From a bacterium (lineage in GTDB: Bacteria > Zhuqueibacterota > Zhuqueibacteria > Residuimicrobiales > Krinioviventaceae): a stretch of 64,000 nucleotides of DNA. Position 1 is the first letter of the stretch, and every line of letters starts with the position of its first letter. Made by a program: the position numbers and the translations under genes. Positions 48,230 to 58,567 of this stretch are shown here, one piece after another. Under the pieces are notes generated by a model. The model was not told the origin of the DNA, did not search any database, and saw nothing but the letters and a program-made list of their open reading frames with translations. Location: NCBI GenBank assembly GCA_963693055.1, contig OY843751.1:64001-128000 (forward strand), in the 5' to 3' direction.

Positions 48230-49510
48230 ATGGACATCGATTATCAGCAGGCATTACAATATATGCAGGATCTGCAAAGCTCTGGCTGGCAGCTGGGCCT
48301 TGAGCGGATTGAGAATTTGTTAGAGCTGCTGAATAATCCACACAAAAAAACAACATTTGTTCATATAGCAGGTACAAATGGTAAAAGTACCACTGCATCC
48401 ATGTACGAGTCTGTTTTGCGACAGGCGGGTTATAAAACCGGACTTTTTACCTCGCCGCATTTAATAGATGTGCGGGAAACGATACGAATCAATGGCGAAA
48501 TGATATCCTGTGATGATTTTTTATCTCTGGTTAACGCCATGCGTCCCCACATAGAGGCGGCTGGAACCACGTTTTTTGAATCTTTGACAGCGTTGGCTTT
48601 TATGTATTTTGCTCAAAGCCAGGTCGATGTGGTTGTATTGGAAACAGGCCTGGGCGGCAGAGATGATGCAACAAATGTTGTGACGCCATTGTTGTCAGTT
48701 ATTACCAGCATTGATTTAGAGCATACTGTTTTTTTAGGAAACAGCGTTGAGGAAATTGCAGAGGTAAAAGCAGGCATCATTAAAAAGAATGTTCCTTGCA
48801 TCATTGGAGAGTTGCCCCGCAAAGCTGAACAGGTTATTCAAGCGATTTGTAAGCAGAAAAACAGCAAAATGTACCGCGCAAATAAAGTTTATTCAATAGA
48901 ATCTGTTGTGGTTGCAGAAAATGGAACAAAGTTTGCAATACGAAATACTGAAAATAAAGCGATTCATTTGCAAATACCATTTCCTGGACCCCAATTTGCG
49001 CGCAATGCAGGTATTGTAGCCGCTTCATTTCAAATCTGTGAATTCTTTGTTAAAATTACCGACATTCAGCTTGTATCCGGTCTGCAAACAGCAGGCTGGA
49101 GCGGCCGATTTCAATTGCTCAGAAAAGATCCTCCGGTAATTCTTGATGTGGCCCATAATACAAGCGCGTTTTTTGAATTGGTTCAGGTTGTGAATGAGGT
49201 GTATTCACAATTGACCAAAGTGTTTGTAATGGGTTTGTTGGCAGACAAGGATGTTGATGGAATTTGCAAGACACTGGTGGGAACAGCGGATCAGGTTTAT
49301 ATTGTTCCGCCAGATTCGAAAAGAGCGATAAAAAGTGAAATGATTGTTGAAAAACTGATGTTATATAAAATACCTGTGGAGGTTTTATCTATCGAAAAAG
49401 CATTGCAGCTAATATTCTCTGACCATAATGCGGAAAGGATGTATTGCATAACCGGATCGCATTATGTAGCAGGAAAAGTATTAAAATTAATAAATAACTT
49501 GACAAGCTGA
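48230..49510 (+). CDS. folC: Bifunctional folylpolyglutamate synthase/dihydrofolate synthase
   Basis: HIAGTNGKST, TSPHL, LETGLGGRDDATN, DVAHN. Confidence 0.95.
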   Translation: MDIDYQQALQYMQDLQSSGWQLGLERIENLLELLNNPHKKTTFVHIAGTNGKSTTASMYESVLRQAGYKTGLFTSPHLIDVRETIRINGEMISCDDFLSLVNAMRPHIEAAGTTFFESLTALAFMYFAQSQVDVVVLETGLGGRDDATNVVTPLLSVITSIDLEHTVFLGNSVEEIAEVKAGIIKKNVPCIIGELPRKAEQVIQAICKQKNSKMYRANKVYSIESVVVAENGTKFAIRNTENKAIHLQIPFPGPQFARNAGIVAASFQICEFFVKITDIQLVSGLQTAGWSGRFQLLRKDPPVILDVAHNTSAFFELVQVVNEVYSQLTKVFVMGLLADKDVDGICKTLVGTADQVYIVPPDSKRAIKSEMIVEKLMLYKIPVEVLSIEKALQLIFSDHNAERMYCITGSHYVAGKVLKLINNLTS

Positions 49511-49527
49511 AAAAAATTTTATAATTT
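49499..49527 (+). promoter_or_regulatory. Putative sigma70 promoter of rho
   Basis: TTGACA followed by TATAAT (15-nt spacer) or TAATTT (17-nt spacer). Confidence 0.5.
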
Positions 49528-49976
49528 TAGCTGTAATCTTCATTACCTCATGGATATTAACACTCCAGATAATTCTCCTTTTTGCTACATGGTTAAGTTA
49601 ATTGACATTTTGCTGAATATTGATATTGAAAAAAAAAGAGTGAAATTAGGGGTCATTAAGAATAGCCTGAATTAGATTGGTATTTTGATTATAACGAACT
49701 CAAAGAATGCATGTGGAACAAACAGGTTTGTCAATTAGAGTGACGCTGTTTACAAGATATTAAATATTTTGAAATTACATAACCAAAAAAATAATTCTAC
49801 TCTGGTAGTACAATTAATAAAAATAAAAAGCATCCTGATTTTTTACAGGGAATGTATCGGCATATAAACAGGGGACAACTGTTTGTCTGATCTGATAAAA
49901 AACTTGCCATTATATAAATTCAAATCAGGAATAATTGAAATTAATGTTTAGAACCAAATAAATTAAGAGGAGATTC

Positions 49977-51224
49977 ATGGACATTGCTGAACTCAAAGTG
50001 TTAAAGATTGCTGAATTGACACAAATGGCCCAGGAGCTTGGTGTATCAGGCATTACTGGTTTGAAAAAGGCCGAGCTGATCTTTAAAATTTTGGAAGAAC
50101 AAACCAAAAAAGAAGGTTTGATTTTTGGCGAAGGTGTGTTAGAAGTTTTACCTGATGGATACGGCTTTTTGCGTTCTCCGGGATTCAATTATCTGCCCGG
50201 TCCGGATGATATATATGTATCACCGTCTCAGATCAAACGTTTTGGAATGAGAACCGGTGACACAATTTCCGGACAAATACGGCCCCCAAAAGAAAACGAG
50301 CGATTTTTTGCTTTGCTCAAAGTTGAAGCTATCAACTTTGAGAATCCTGAAGAGGCTAAATCAAAGATCCTGTTCGACAATCTTACACCACTGTATCCGG
50401 AAGAGCGGATTGATCTTGAATCCACTCCCCGCGAGTATTCAATGCGTATCATGAATCTGCTTACGCCAATTGGTAAGGGACAGCGTGGTCTTATTGTAGC
50501 TCAGCCCAAAACCGGTAAAACCATCCTTTTGCAGAAAATTGCCAACGCCATTTCAAAAAATCATCCCGAAGTTAAACTGATTGTATTGCTGATTGATGAA
50601 CGTCCTGAAGAAGTAACCGACATGGAACGTTCAGTAAACGCTGAGGTGGTCAGTTCAACATTTGATGAGCCAGCTGAACGACATGTTCAGGTTGCAGACA
50701 TGGTGCTTGAAAAATCAAAACGTCTCATTGAATATGGTCAGGATGTTGTTATTCTGCTTGACAGTATTACCCGTTTGGCCCGTGCGCACAATGCGGTTGT
50801 ACCTCATAGTGGTAAGATCCTTTCAGGTGGTGTTGACGCCAACGCACTGCATAGACCGAAACGCTTCTTTGGTGCTGCACGTAACATTGAAGAAGGTGGA
50901 AGTTTGACCATTATTGCTACAGCATTGATCGATACTGGTAGCCGTATGGATGAAGTGATCTTTGAAGAATTTAAAGGTACCGGTAACATGGAACTTGTAC
51001 TGGATCGTCGTTTGTCTGATCGTCGTATCTTCCCGGCAATTGATGTGAACCGTTCAAGTACACGTAAAGAAGAATTGTTGCTGCCTGATAAAGAACTGAA
51101 CCGTGTTTGGATCCTTCGTAAATTACTGGCTGAATTGACACCGGTGGAGGCGATGGAATTTATGCTGGGTAAAATGCAGGGAACAAAAGCGAATAAAATT
51201 TTCCTTGATTCAATGAGTATGTAA
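49977..51224 (+). CDS. rho: Transcription termination factor Rho
   Basis: [38 protein letters not shown]. Confidence 0.99.
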   Translation: MDIAELKVLKIAELTQMAQELGVSGITGLKKAELIFKILEEQTKKEGLIFGEGVLEVLPDGYGFLRSPGFNYLPGPDDIYVSPSQIKRFGMRTGDTISGQIRPPKENERFFALLKVEAINFENPEEAKSKILFDNLTPLYPEERIDLESTPREYSMRIMNLLTPIGKGQRGLIVAQPKTGKTILLQKIANAISKNHPEVKLIVLLIDERPEEVTDMERSVNAEVVSSTFDEPAERHVQVADMVLEKSKRLIEYGQDVVILLDSITRLARAHNAVVPHSGKILSGGVDANALHRPKRFFGAARNIEEGGSLTIIATALIDTGSRMDEVIFEEFKGTGNMELVLDRRLSDRRIFPAIDVNRSSTRKEELLLPDKELNRVWILRKLLAELTPVEAMEFMLGKMQGTKANKIFLDSMSM

Positions 51225-51311
51225 GATTTTTCCTTGCTTTTTTGATTTTTTTTACATAAATTTATCTTCTGTAAAAAGAATTTTAGCGTTTTGTTGACCA
51301 GGAGGTTAGTT

Positions 51312-51533
51312 TTGAAACCAGAAATACATCCCGAATACGAAATATGTACGGTCTCTTGTGCATGTGGAAATAAATTTCAAACTCGTTCTACCGTAGGTGA
51401 TATACAGGTGGAAATTTGTTCCGAGTGTCATCCATTTTTTACTGGCAAGCAAAAATTGGTTGATACCGCAGGACGAGTTGATAAATTCCGTAAAAAATAT
51501 GGAAATTACAACAAGCAGCAAGCGGCCAAGTAA
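51312..51533 (+). CDS. rpmE: 50S ribosomal protein L31 (zinc-binding type)
   Basis: TTG start after GGAGG; [25 protein letters not shown]. Confidence 0.95.
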   Translation: MKPEIHPEYEICTVSCACGNKFQTRSTVGDIQVEICSECHPFFTGKQKLVDTAGRVDKFRKKYGNYNKQQAAK

Positions 51534-51546
51534 ATATATTCACTTG

Positions 51547-51605
51547 AAAAAAACGGAATATTATACCTGTTTTGCACGGGTATTATTCCGTTTTTTTTTT
51601 TTTTT
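51547..51605 (+). terminator. Intrinsic terminator after rpmE
   Basis: AAAAAAACGGAATA...TATTCCG followed by T15. Confidence 0.75.
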
Positions 51606-51628
51606 GGTTTAATTATATGGAATAATAT

Positions 51629-52693
51629 GTGTTAGACAAATTAGAAAATCTTGTAGACCGGTATTCCGAGTTGGAACAAAGAATGGGTGACCCGGAGGTT
51701 GCCAGTAACCCCAATATTTACCGCAAAGTGGCAAAGGAAGAAAGTGACCTTGCTCCCATTGTCCGAGAATACAAAAATTACAAAAAAATAATTGAAGATA
51801 TAGACGGTGCCAAAGAACTGCTGCAAGAATCTGATGATGAAATGCGGGAACTTGCAGAAGCTGAATTGGCAGATCTGGAAGAATCAAAGACTGCGCTTGA
51901 AGAACAGCTCCGTATTATGCTCATTCCCAAAGACCCACAGGATGCCCGTAATGCCGTGATTGAAATCAGGGCGGGTACCGGTGGAGATGAGGCGGGTCTT
52001 TTTGCTGGTGATCTGTACAGAATGTACCAGAAATACGCTGAGCGGAGTAAATGGAAGATTGACATCATGAACTCGAATCCACAAGGTATTGGTGGTTTTC
52101 GTGAAATCATTTTTTCTCTCAGCGGACAGGATGTTTACGGCTTTATGAAATATGAAGCGGGTGTGCATCGGGTTCAGCGTGTGCCGGATACCGAAACCAG
52201 TGGGCGTATTCATACGTCTGCCGCAACAGTTGCCGTGTTGCCTGAAGCTGAGGAAATAGATGTTCAAATTGCTGCCAATGATTTGCGTATTGATGTTTAC
52301 AGATCTTCTGGTCCTGGCGGCCAAAGTGTAAATACAACGGATTCTGCTGTTCGAATTACACATATACCCACCGGTATGGTTGTGACCTGTCAGGATGAAA
52401 AGTCTCAGCATAAGAACCGCGCCAAAGCTCTCAAGGTTTTGCGTTCAAGATTGTATGAAAAAGCCTTGCAGGAAGAACAGGATAAACTCAGCCAGGAACG
52501 TCGTTCCATGGTAAGTACCGGTGACCGCAGCGCAAAGATCAGAACTTATAATTTTCCTCAAGGACGGGTTACAGACCACCGTATTGGCTTGACATTGTAT
52601 CGTCTTGAAGAAATTCTGCAGGGTGATTTGAGTGAAGTGATTGAGCAGTTGAAAATTGCTGAACGAACCGAGAAATTAAAACATCTGGATTGA
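51629..52693 (+). CDS. prfA: Peptide chain release factor 1
   Basis: GTGGDEA, PDT (PxT) motif, GGQ, IRTYNFPQ. Confidence 0.97.
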   Translation: MLDKLENLVDRYSELEQRMGDPEVASNPNIYRKVAKEESDLAPIVREYKNYKKIIEDIDGAKELLQESDDEMRELAEAELADLEESKTALEEQLRIMLIPKDPQDARNAVIEIRAGTGGDEAGLFAGDLYRMYQKYAERSKWKIDIMNSNPQGIGGFREIIFSLSGQDVYGFMKYEAGVHRVQRVPDTETSGRIHTSAATVAVLPEAEEIDVQIAANDLRIDVYRSSGPGGQSVNTTDSAVRITHIPTGMVVTCQDEKSQHKNRAKALKVLRSRLYEKALQEEQDKLSQERRSMVSTGDRSAKIRTYNFPQGRVTDHRIGLTLYRLEEILQGDLSEVIEQLKIAERTEKLKHLD

Positions 52694-52697
52694 TTCC

Positions 52698-53582
52698 GTG
52701 TCCACAACTGACCCGAAAAAAAAACGTTGGACTGTTCTCGAGTTGTTAAACTGGACTACCCAGTATCTTGAAGAAAAAAAGTTTGAGAATAGTCGTCTGA
52801 ATGTGGAAATGATGCTGGCCCATGTGCTGGGTTTTAAGCGGGTTGATCTGTATTTGAACTTTGACCGTCCCTTAACGCCTGAAGAACTGGCGAATTTCAA
52901 AATACTATTAAAAAGACGAACGGCCCATGAGCCGCTGCAATATGTTCTGGGGGAAACCGAGTTTATGGGGCTGCCTTTCAAAGTGGGGCCCGGTGTGTTG
53001 GTTCCCCGACCTGAAACTGAATTACTTGTAGATAAAGTGCTTGAATTAACAGGGCAGTATGATTCTCCCTGTTCAGTATTGGATGTGGGGACCGGTTCCG
53101 GTAATATCCCTTTGTCTTTGGCAAGTATGGCACCGGATTTAACAATTGTAACGACTGATATTTCTCAGGACGCTATTGCAATTGCCAAAGAAAACGCGGA
53201 ATTGCTGGATGTTGCAGACAGGGTTACGTTTTTACATCACGATGCTTTAAAGACCTGGCCTGTGGAATATAATCTGTATTTTGATGTTATAGTTTCAAAT
53301 CCGCCATATGTGTCTCGCACCGAATTTGATACTTTGCCACCTGAAATTAAGCATTTTGAGCCGGAAATTGCTCTGATAGCCGGTGAGGAAGGGCTTGATT
53401 TTTACAAACAATTTTTAGAAATTTCAAAAAGCCTGTTAAAAGAAAAGGGCACACTCTTTTTTGAGATCGGAGAGACACAAGCTAAAATTTTAGTCGATTT
53501 GTATGGCTCTCATGGATTTTCAGAGTGCCATGTACATAAAGATTTGGCTGATAAAGACCGAATCATTGAATTGATAAAATAA
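52698..53582 (+). CDS. prmC: Release factor glutamine methyltransferase
   Basis: EPLQY, VPRPETE, DVGTGSG, SNPPY. Confidence 0.95.
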   Translation: MSTTDPKKKRWTVLELLNWTTQYLEEKKFENSRLNVEMMLAHVLGFKRVDLYLNFDRPLTPEELANFKILLKRRTAHEPLQYVLGETEFMGLPFKVGPGVLVPRPETELLVDKVLELTGQYDSPCSVLDVGTGSGNIPLSLASMAPDLTIVTTDISQDAIAIAKENAELLDVADRVTFLHHDALKTWPVEYNLYFDVIVSNPPYVSRTEFDTLPPEIKHFEPEIALIAGEEGLDFYKQFLEISKSLLKEKGTLFFEIGETQAKILVDLYGSHGFSECHVHKDLADKDRIIELIK

Positions 53583-53596
53583 AGGAGATCATTTTC

Positions 53597-54976
53597 ATGA
53601 ACGTCAGTATTTTTCGGCAATATGATATTCGAGGTATTGTTGAAACCCATCTGCCTGATGATGTGGTATTAAATCTAGGAAAAGGCTATGGTACATTAAT
53701 GAGTAGACGTGGTCTCAAGACAGTGAATGTGGGTTATGATCTGCGCGTTTCTTCTCCGCATTTAGCAGATCTGTATATTCAGGGTGTTACCTCAACCGGA
53801 CTGGATGTTGTTGAAATTGGACAGGTAACAACGCCTACACTTTACTTTTCTATCGTACATTTGAATAGTGATGGTGGTGTAATGATTACCGGAAGCCATA
53901 ATCCTATTGCTTATAATGGTTTTAAAATGTGTGAAGGGATTGGAAGTGTTTTTGGTGAGGATATTCAGGAAATAAAACGTATAATTCTTGAAGAGGATTT
54001 TGTAACTGCAGAACCCGGCAATATTTCTCAGGTAGATGTGATGCCGGATTATCTAAAGATGCTAAAATCTAAATTTAATTTTAAAAAGTCACTCAAGATT
54101 GTTATCGATGCTGGTAATGCAACTGCCGGACCTATTGCACCGGATTTATGGAAAGACCTGGGTATGGAAGTGATTCCTCTGTATTGTGAACCTGATGGCA
54201 ATTTCCCCAATCACTTGCCTGATCCTGCTGTGCCCAAATATATGAAAGATCTTTGTGATTTGGTAGTTAAGGAAGGTGCAGATGTAGGTCTGGCCTATGA
54301 TGGTGATTCTGACCGGGTTGGCGCTGTTGATGAAAAAGGAAATTTGATTTATGCTGATACACTTTTAACATTGTTCAGCATTGATGTATTAAAACGCAAA
54401 CCCAATTCACAAATAATTTTTGATGTGAAATGTTCTCAAGCTGTTCCTGAAATGATAAAAAAACATGGCGGCAAACCCCTCATGTGGCAAACCGGGCATT
54501 CCATCATGAAAGCAAAAATGAAAGAAACCAAAGCACCTTTTGCGGGTGAATTGTCTGGTCATATATTTTTTGCTGATGATTTTTATGGGTTTGATGATGG
54601 TATTTATGCCTCAGGCCGGTTGTTGGAGATTCTTACAAACTCTGATAAAACATTTTCTGAACTTGTTGCAGAAATTCCGTCTTTTGAATCAACTCCTGAA
54701 ATTCGTGTAGAATGTTCGGATGAAGCCAAGTTTGATGTTGTTAAAGGCCTTGTTAAGGAGTTCAGTAAAGCGTATGAAACCATCGACATTGATGGCGCGC
54801 GTGTTGAATTTGGTGATGGCTGGGGACTGGTTCGGGCATCGAATACTGAGCCTACACTGGTTCTGCGCTTTGAAGCCAAAACAAAACAGAGATTAACAGA
54901 AATTATGAATTTATTTAAAGAAAAATTGTCAAATTATTCTGCAGTTGAATTTACTGACAGTGATTTTGAATTTTAA
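53597..54976 (+). CDS. Phosphomannomutase/phosphoglucomutase
   Basis: FRQYDIRG, TGSHNP, DGDSDR, GELSGH, RASNTEP. Confidence 0.95.
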   Translation: MNVSIFRQYDIRGIVETHLPDDVVLNLGKGYGTLMSRRGLKTVNVGYDLRVSSPHLADLYIQGVTSTGLDVVEIGQVTTPTLYFSIVHLNSDGGVMITGSHNPIAYNGFKMCEGIGSVFGEDIQEIKRIILEEDFVTAEPGNISQVDVMPDYLKMLKSKFNFKKSLKIVIDAGNATAGPIAPDLWKDLGMEVIPLYCEPDGNFPNHLPDPAVPKYMKDLCDLVVKEGADVGLAYDGDSDRVGAVDEKGNLIYADTLLTLFSIDVLKRKPNSQIIFDVKCSQAVPEMIKKHGGKPLMWQTGHSIMKAKMKETKAPFAGELSGHIFFADDFYGFDDGIYASGRLLEILTNSDKTFSELVAEIPSFESTPEIRVECSDEAKFDVVKGLVKEFSKAYETIDIDGARVEFGDGWGLVRASNTEPTLVLRFEAKTKQRLTEIMNLFKEKLSNYSAVEFTDSDFEF

Positions 54977-54991
54977 TTCAGGGAGTGAAAA

Positions 54992-55654
54992 ATGAAAAGA
55001 GTAACGCTTTTACTGGTTATTGCGGCCATGATGCTGGGTCTGGGTTGCGCCTCTACTTTGGGGGTATTCAAAGAACCTACTTCTGAAAATACCATGCTGG
55101 TTATTGGTCAAATTATCGTTGAAGATGATTACTATTCTGACGAAACAGGTGTCACATACGGTGGTTTGGAAGTGGCAATTGTGGGCAAGACAAATGATGG
55201 TAAAGAACTGGGTATCTGGACCAAATCTGATGAAAAAGGATACTTTGCTCTTGCAGATGTACCCATGGGTGAGTATGCAATCAAGGGTGTTCGTGGTATT
55301 ATTGGTCGCCCCAGTCGCGCTATTACTGTTACCAATCGTCTGCGTTTATCAACAGATCCATACCGTGTTGAAAATGCCGAGTCTCCCGTTCAGTTTACTG
55401 CACAATATTTTCCTTTTGAACCCAAAGGCAGAATTCAATCATTGCAGCATACTGTATTTAAATTAGATAAAATGAGTGGCAGTACAGGTCAAACAAAATA
55501 TGTCGTTAAACCAGCATTTACAGATTACAAGCTGGTTGATGGAACAGTTTTGAACGAAGGACCTGTTGAAGAATATTTTATTGAAAAATATCCTGAATCT
55601 GCCTGGACTAAATACCTTGAAGAAGTAAAAACAAATACTCGCTTCAGGAGATAA
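54992..55654 (+). CDS. Hypothetical lipoprotein (carboxypeptidase-regulatory-like motif)
   Basis: Lipobox LGC; SDEKGYFALADVPMGEY. Confidence 0.7.
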   Translation: MKRVTLLLVIAAMMLGLGCASTLGVFKEPTSENTMLVIGQIIVEDDYYSDETGVTYGGLEVAIVGKTNDGKELGIWTKSDEKGYFALADVPMGEYAIKGVRGIIGRPSRAITVTNRLRLSTDPYRVENAESPVQFTAQYFPFEPKGRIQSLQHTVFKLDKMSGSTGQTKYVVKPAFTDYKLVDGTVLNEGPVEEYFIEKYPESAWTKYLEEVKTNTRFRR

Positions 55655-55664
55655 GCAGGTTATA

Positions 55665-57752
55665 TTGCAAAAAAACATTCTAGATTTTTTTAAATCTAAT
55701 CCCTCGGGTATGTACAAAACCAAAGATATTTCAAGAAAATTAAACATACCCAAACATAAATACATGCAGTTACGCGATGCTTTGCGTCAGCTGGTTCGCG
55801 ACGGTCAACTGATCAAGCTTAAAAAGAACAAGTTTGCTCTGGCATCGACCAATGCGGAAATAGTTGGAAAACTACATGTAAATTCTCAGGGATATGGTTT
55901 TGTAAGCCGCGAAGATGGTGAAGATATTTTTATAAGCCAAAAGAATATGAGCCTGGCGCTGCACAATGATGTTGTGCAGGTCAGGCTTTTTGCTACATCG
56001 CGGGGTAAAAGTCCGGAAGGAATGATACTCAAAGTTGTAGAACGTGTACATAATAAAATTGTGGGTACGTTTATACAGGGCAAGTACTACAGCTATGTTG
56101 TTCCCGATGATCTGAAATTTAACCGTGATATTGTTATTGCCCATGGTGAGGAACAAGGCGCCAATGATGGTGAAAAAGTGGTGGTCACAATAGCCGATTG
56201 GGAACATCACCAACTTAATCCTGCCGGTAAAATTGTAGAAATTTTGGGACCACCGGACAAGGCTGGCGTTGATATTTTATCGCTGGTTCATCATTACAAT
56301 CTTTCCGAAACCTTTCCGGACAAGATTATGGCAGATGCTGAGAAAATACCGGATGATATTCCAGCCAAAGAACTGGAACGCCGCCTGGATCTGCGTAATG
56401 AAATCGTGTTTACCATTGATCCGGAAGATGCCAAAGATTTTGATGATGCAATTTCTTTGAAACGTCTTGATAACGGTAATATGCTCCTGGGTGTGCATAT
56501 TGCTGATGTAAGCTATTATGTGCATTCTAATAGCGATCTGGATCGTGAAGCTTTGGAACGGGGTACGTCGGTATACCTGGTAGACCGTGTTATACCCATG
56601 CTGCCAGAGCGAATCTCGAATCATCTTTGCAGCCTTGTAGAGGGTAAAGATCGTCTGTGTTACAGTGTTATGATGGAGCTTCGGCCCAATGCCGATATGG
56701 TTTCCTTTGAGATCAAAGAATCTGTTATTCACAGTCACAAGCGTCTAACTTATCAGCAGGCTCAGCATATTATGGATGGCAAGCTGGAAAGTGACCTGGC
56801 ACCGGTATTGAAAGATATGCATGCTGTCTATAAAAAGCTGCTTGTAAAACGTGATAAACGTGGCGGAGTTGATTTTGACAGCCTGGAAATCTATATTGAT
56901 TTGGATGAGCAGGGTCACCCTACTAGTATTCGTCGTCGTGAACGATTGGACGCACACCGTTTAATTGAAGAGTTTATGCTGCTTGCCAATGAAACCGTTG
57001 CAAGCTTTGTAGGTGATAAGGTCAAGCAGGAAACTGGGAATGCGCTTCCATTTGTTTACAGAATTCATGACGTTCCCAGCGAAGAAAAGATAACAGAATT
57101 GATCAATTTGATCAAAGCTTTTGGATACAATACAAAACCTCCTAAAAAAATTACACCACAGTTTTTTCAAAAACTGTCAGAGATGTTTAAAAAGAACCAG
57201 TCCGCAGTGATTTTGCAGGACAGTCTGATCCGATCCATGATGAAAGCGCAATATAGCACCAAGAATGTAGGTCATTTTGGTCTTGCATATTCTTTTTATA
57301 CGCATTTCACATCACCCATTCGAAGATATCCGGACTTGTTGGTGCATCGCCTTTTGAAACGCTACACGGTCAGACAGGAGCCGTTTATCAATCAAAAAGA
57401 ATTACAGCGATTATGTGTAATGTGTTCTGATAGAGAGGTTCAGGCAGTTGAGGCAGAACGGGCTTCTGTCAAACTCAAGCAAACCGAGTTTATGGAGCGG
57501 CATTTGGGTTCCGAGTTTTCCGGTTTTATTACACGCTTGTTGCCTTTTGGCTTTTTTGTTGAAATTCCGGAACTGTTGGTTGATGGATTGGTACATGTTA
57601 AAACCATGGACGATTATTACGTTCTGGATGAGAAAAAATATAAATTTGTTGGCAGGGCCTCTGGCAAGTCATACAAGCTGGGTGACAAGGTCACAATCCG
57701 TGTTAGCCATGTTGAAAGGAATGAGCGAATTATTGATTTTGTTTTGGTTTAA
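55665..57752 (+). CDS. rnr: Ribonuclease R
   Basis: TIDPEDAKDFDDA, VHIADVS, IEEFMLLAN, HFTSPIRRYPD, S1 domain. Confidence 0.96.
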   Translation: MQKNILDFFKSNPSGMYKTKDISRKLNIPKHKYMQLRDALRQLVRDGQLIKLKKNKFALASTNAEIVGKLHVNSQGYGFVSREDGEDIFISQKNMSLALHNDVVQVRLFATSRGKSPEGMILKVVERVHNKIVGTFIQGKYYSYVVPDDLKFNRDIVIAHGEEQGANDGEKVVVTIADWEHHQLNPAGKIVEILGPPDKAGVDILSLVHHYNLSETFPDKIMADAEKIPDDIPAKELERRLDLRNEIVFTIDPEDAKDFDDAISLKRLDNGNMLLGVHIADVSYYVHSNSDLDREALERGTSVYLVDRVIPMLPERISNHLCSLVEGKDRLCYSVMMELRPNADMVSFEIKESVIHSHKRLTYQQAQHIMDGKLESDLAPVLKDMHAVYKKLLVKRDKRGGVDFDSLEIYIDLDEQGHPTSIRRRERLDAHRLIEEFMLLANETVASFVGDKVKQETGNALPFVYRIHDVPSEEKITELINLIKAFGYNTKPPKKITPQFFQKLSEMFKKNQSAVILQDSLIRSMMKAQYSTKNVGHFGLAYSFYTHFTSPIRRYPDLLVHRLLKRYTVRQEPFINQKELQRLCVMCSDREVQAVEAERASVKLKQTEFMERHLGSEFSGFITRLLPFGFFVEIPELLVDGLVHVKTMDDYYVLDEKKYKFVGRASGKSYKLGDKVTIRVSHVERNERIIDFVLV

Positions 57753-57769
57753 ATTTTTTTGAGAATATT

Positions 57770-58471
57770 ATGAACAGCTATGCTACATCTTTGATTTCTA
57801 CTACAATGATTGCTGAAAATACTATAGAATTGAATTTCAAGCGTCCAGAATCATTTGATTTTCAGGCGGGTCAGCATATTAATATAAAATTACCGCAATT
57901 GATGTATGATGATAAAAAAGGGCCGCGCAGGACCTTTACCATTGTGTCGTCACCTGCGGATTCGGTTCTTCGTATTGCTACCCGTTTGAGTGATAGCGGA
58001 TTCAAAAAAACTATTATAGATCTCTCTCCGGATACCGAACTTGAATTTATGGGTCCTATGGGAAATATGGTATATAATACTGATAAACCCTCTGTATTTA
58101 TTGCAGGGGGAATTGGTATAACACCATTCAAGAGCATGATTACAGAATTATTGGAAAATAATGCGTTTGACAAGCCAATCAGACTGATTTATTCTAATAA
58201 AAAACAGAATACGGCAGCGTTTCATTCGTTTTTCAACGATATTGAAAACAGTGCGTTTATATATAATTCAATTATGACAAATGATGATACATGGGATGGC
58301 GAAAAAGTAAAAGTTGATTATGATTATTTGAAAAAAATGATTGATAGCATCAATGATAACGTCTTTTATCTGTGTGGTCCTCCACAAATGGTTCAGGAAT
58401 TGACCGGAACTCTGAACAACCTGGGTGTGGAAAAAGAGAATATTCTTTCCGAATCCTTTTTTGGATATTGA
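57770..58471 (+). CDS. FAD/NAD(P)-binding ferredoxin-reductase-type oxidoreductase
   Basis: FQAGQ, RTFTI.SSP, GPMG, IAGGIGITP, YLCGPP. Confidence 0.88.
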   Translation: MNSYATSLISTTMIAENTIELNFKRPESFDFQAGQHINIKLPQLMYDDKKGPRRTFTIVSSPADSVLRIATRLSDSGFKKTIIDLSPDTELEFMGPMGNMVYNTDKPSVFIAGGIGITPFKSMITELLENNAFDKPIRLIYSNKKQNTAAFHSFFNDIENSAFIYNSIMTNDDTWDGEKVKVDYDYLKKMIDSINDNVFYLCGPPQMVQELTGTLNNLGVEKENILSESFFGY

Positions 58472-58567
58472 TCTGATTTAGGTTACAATTATTAACAAAT
58501 GCTGCGGTAATTCTTCTTGATAGATTCAAGATTGTTTATTAATTTGTTTACTATTTAAATAAAATAA

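Noticed and set aside
51591-51605. T15 homopolymer as a phase-variation tract
   Set aside because: Explained as the U-tract of the rpmE terminator; its length may be a sequencing artefact
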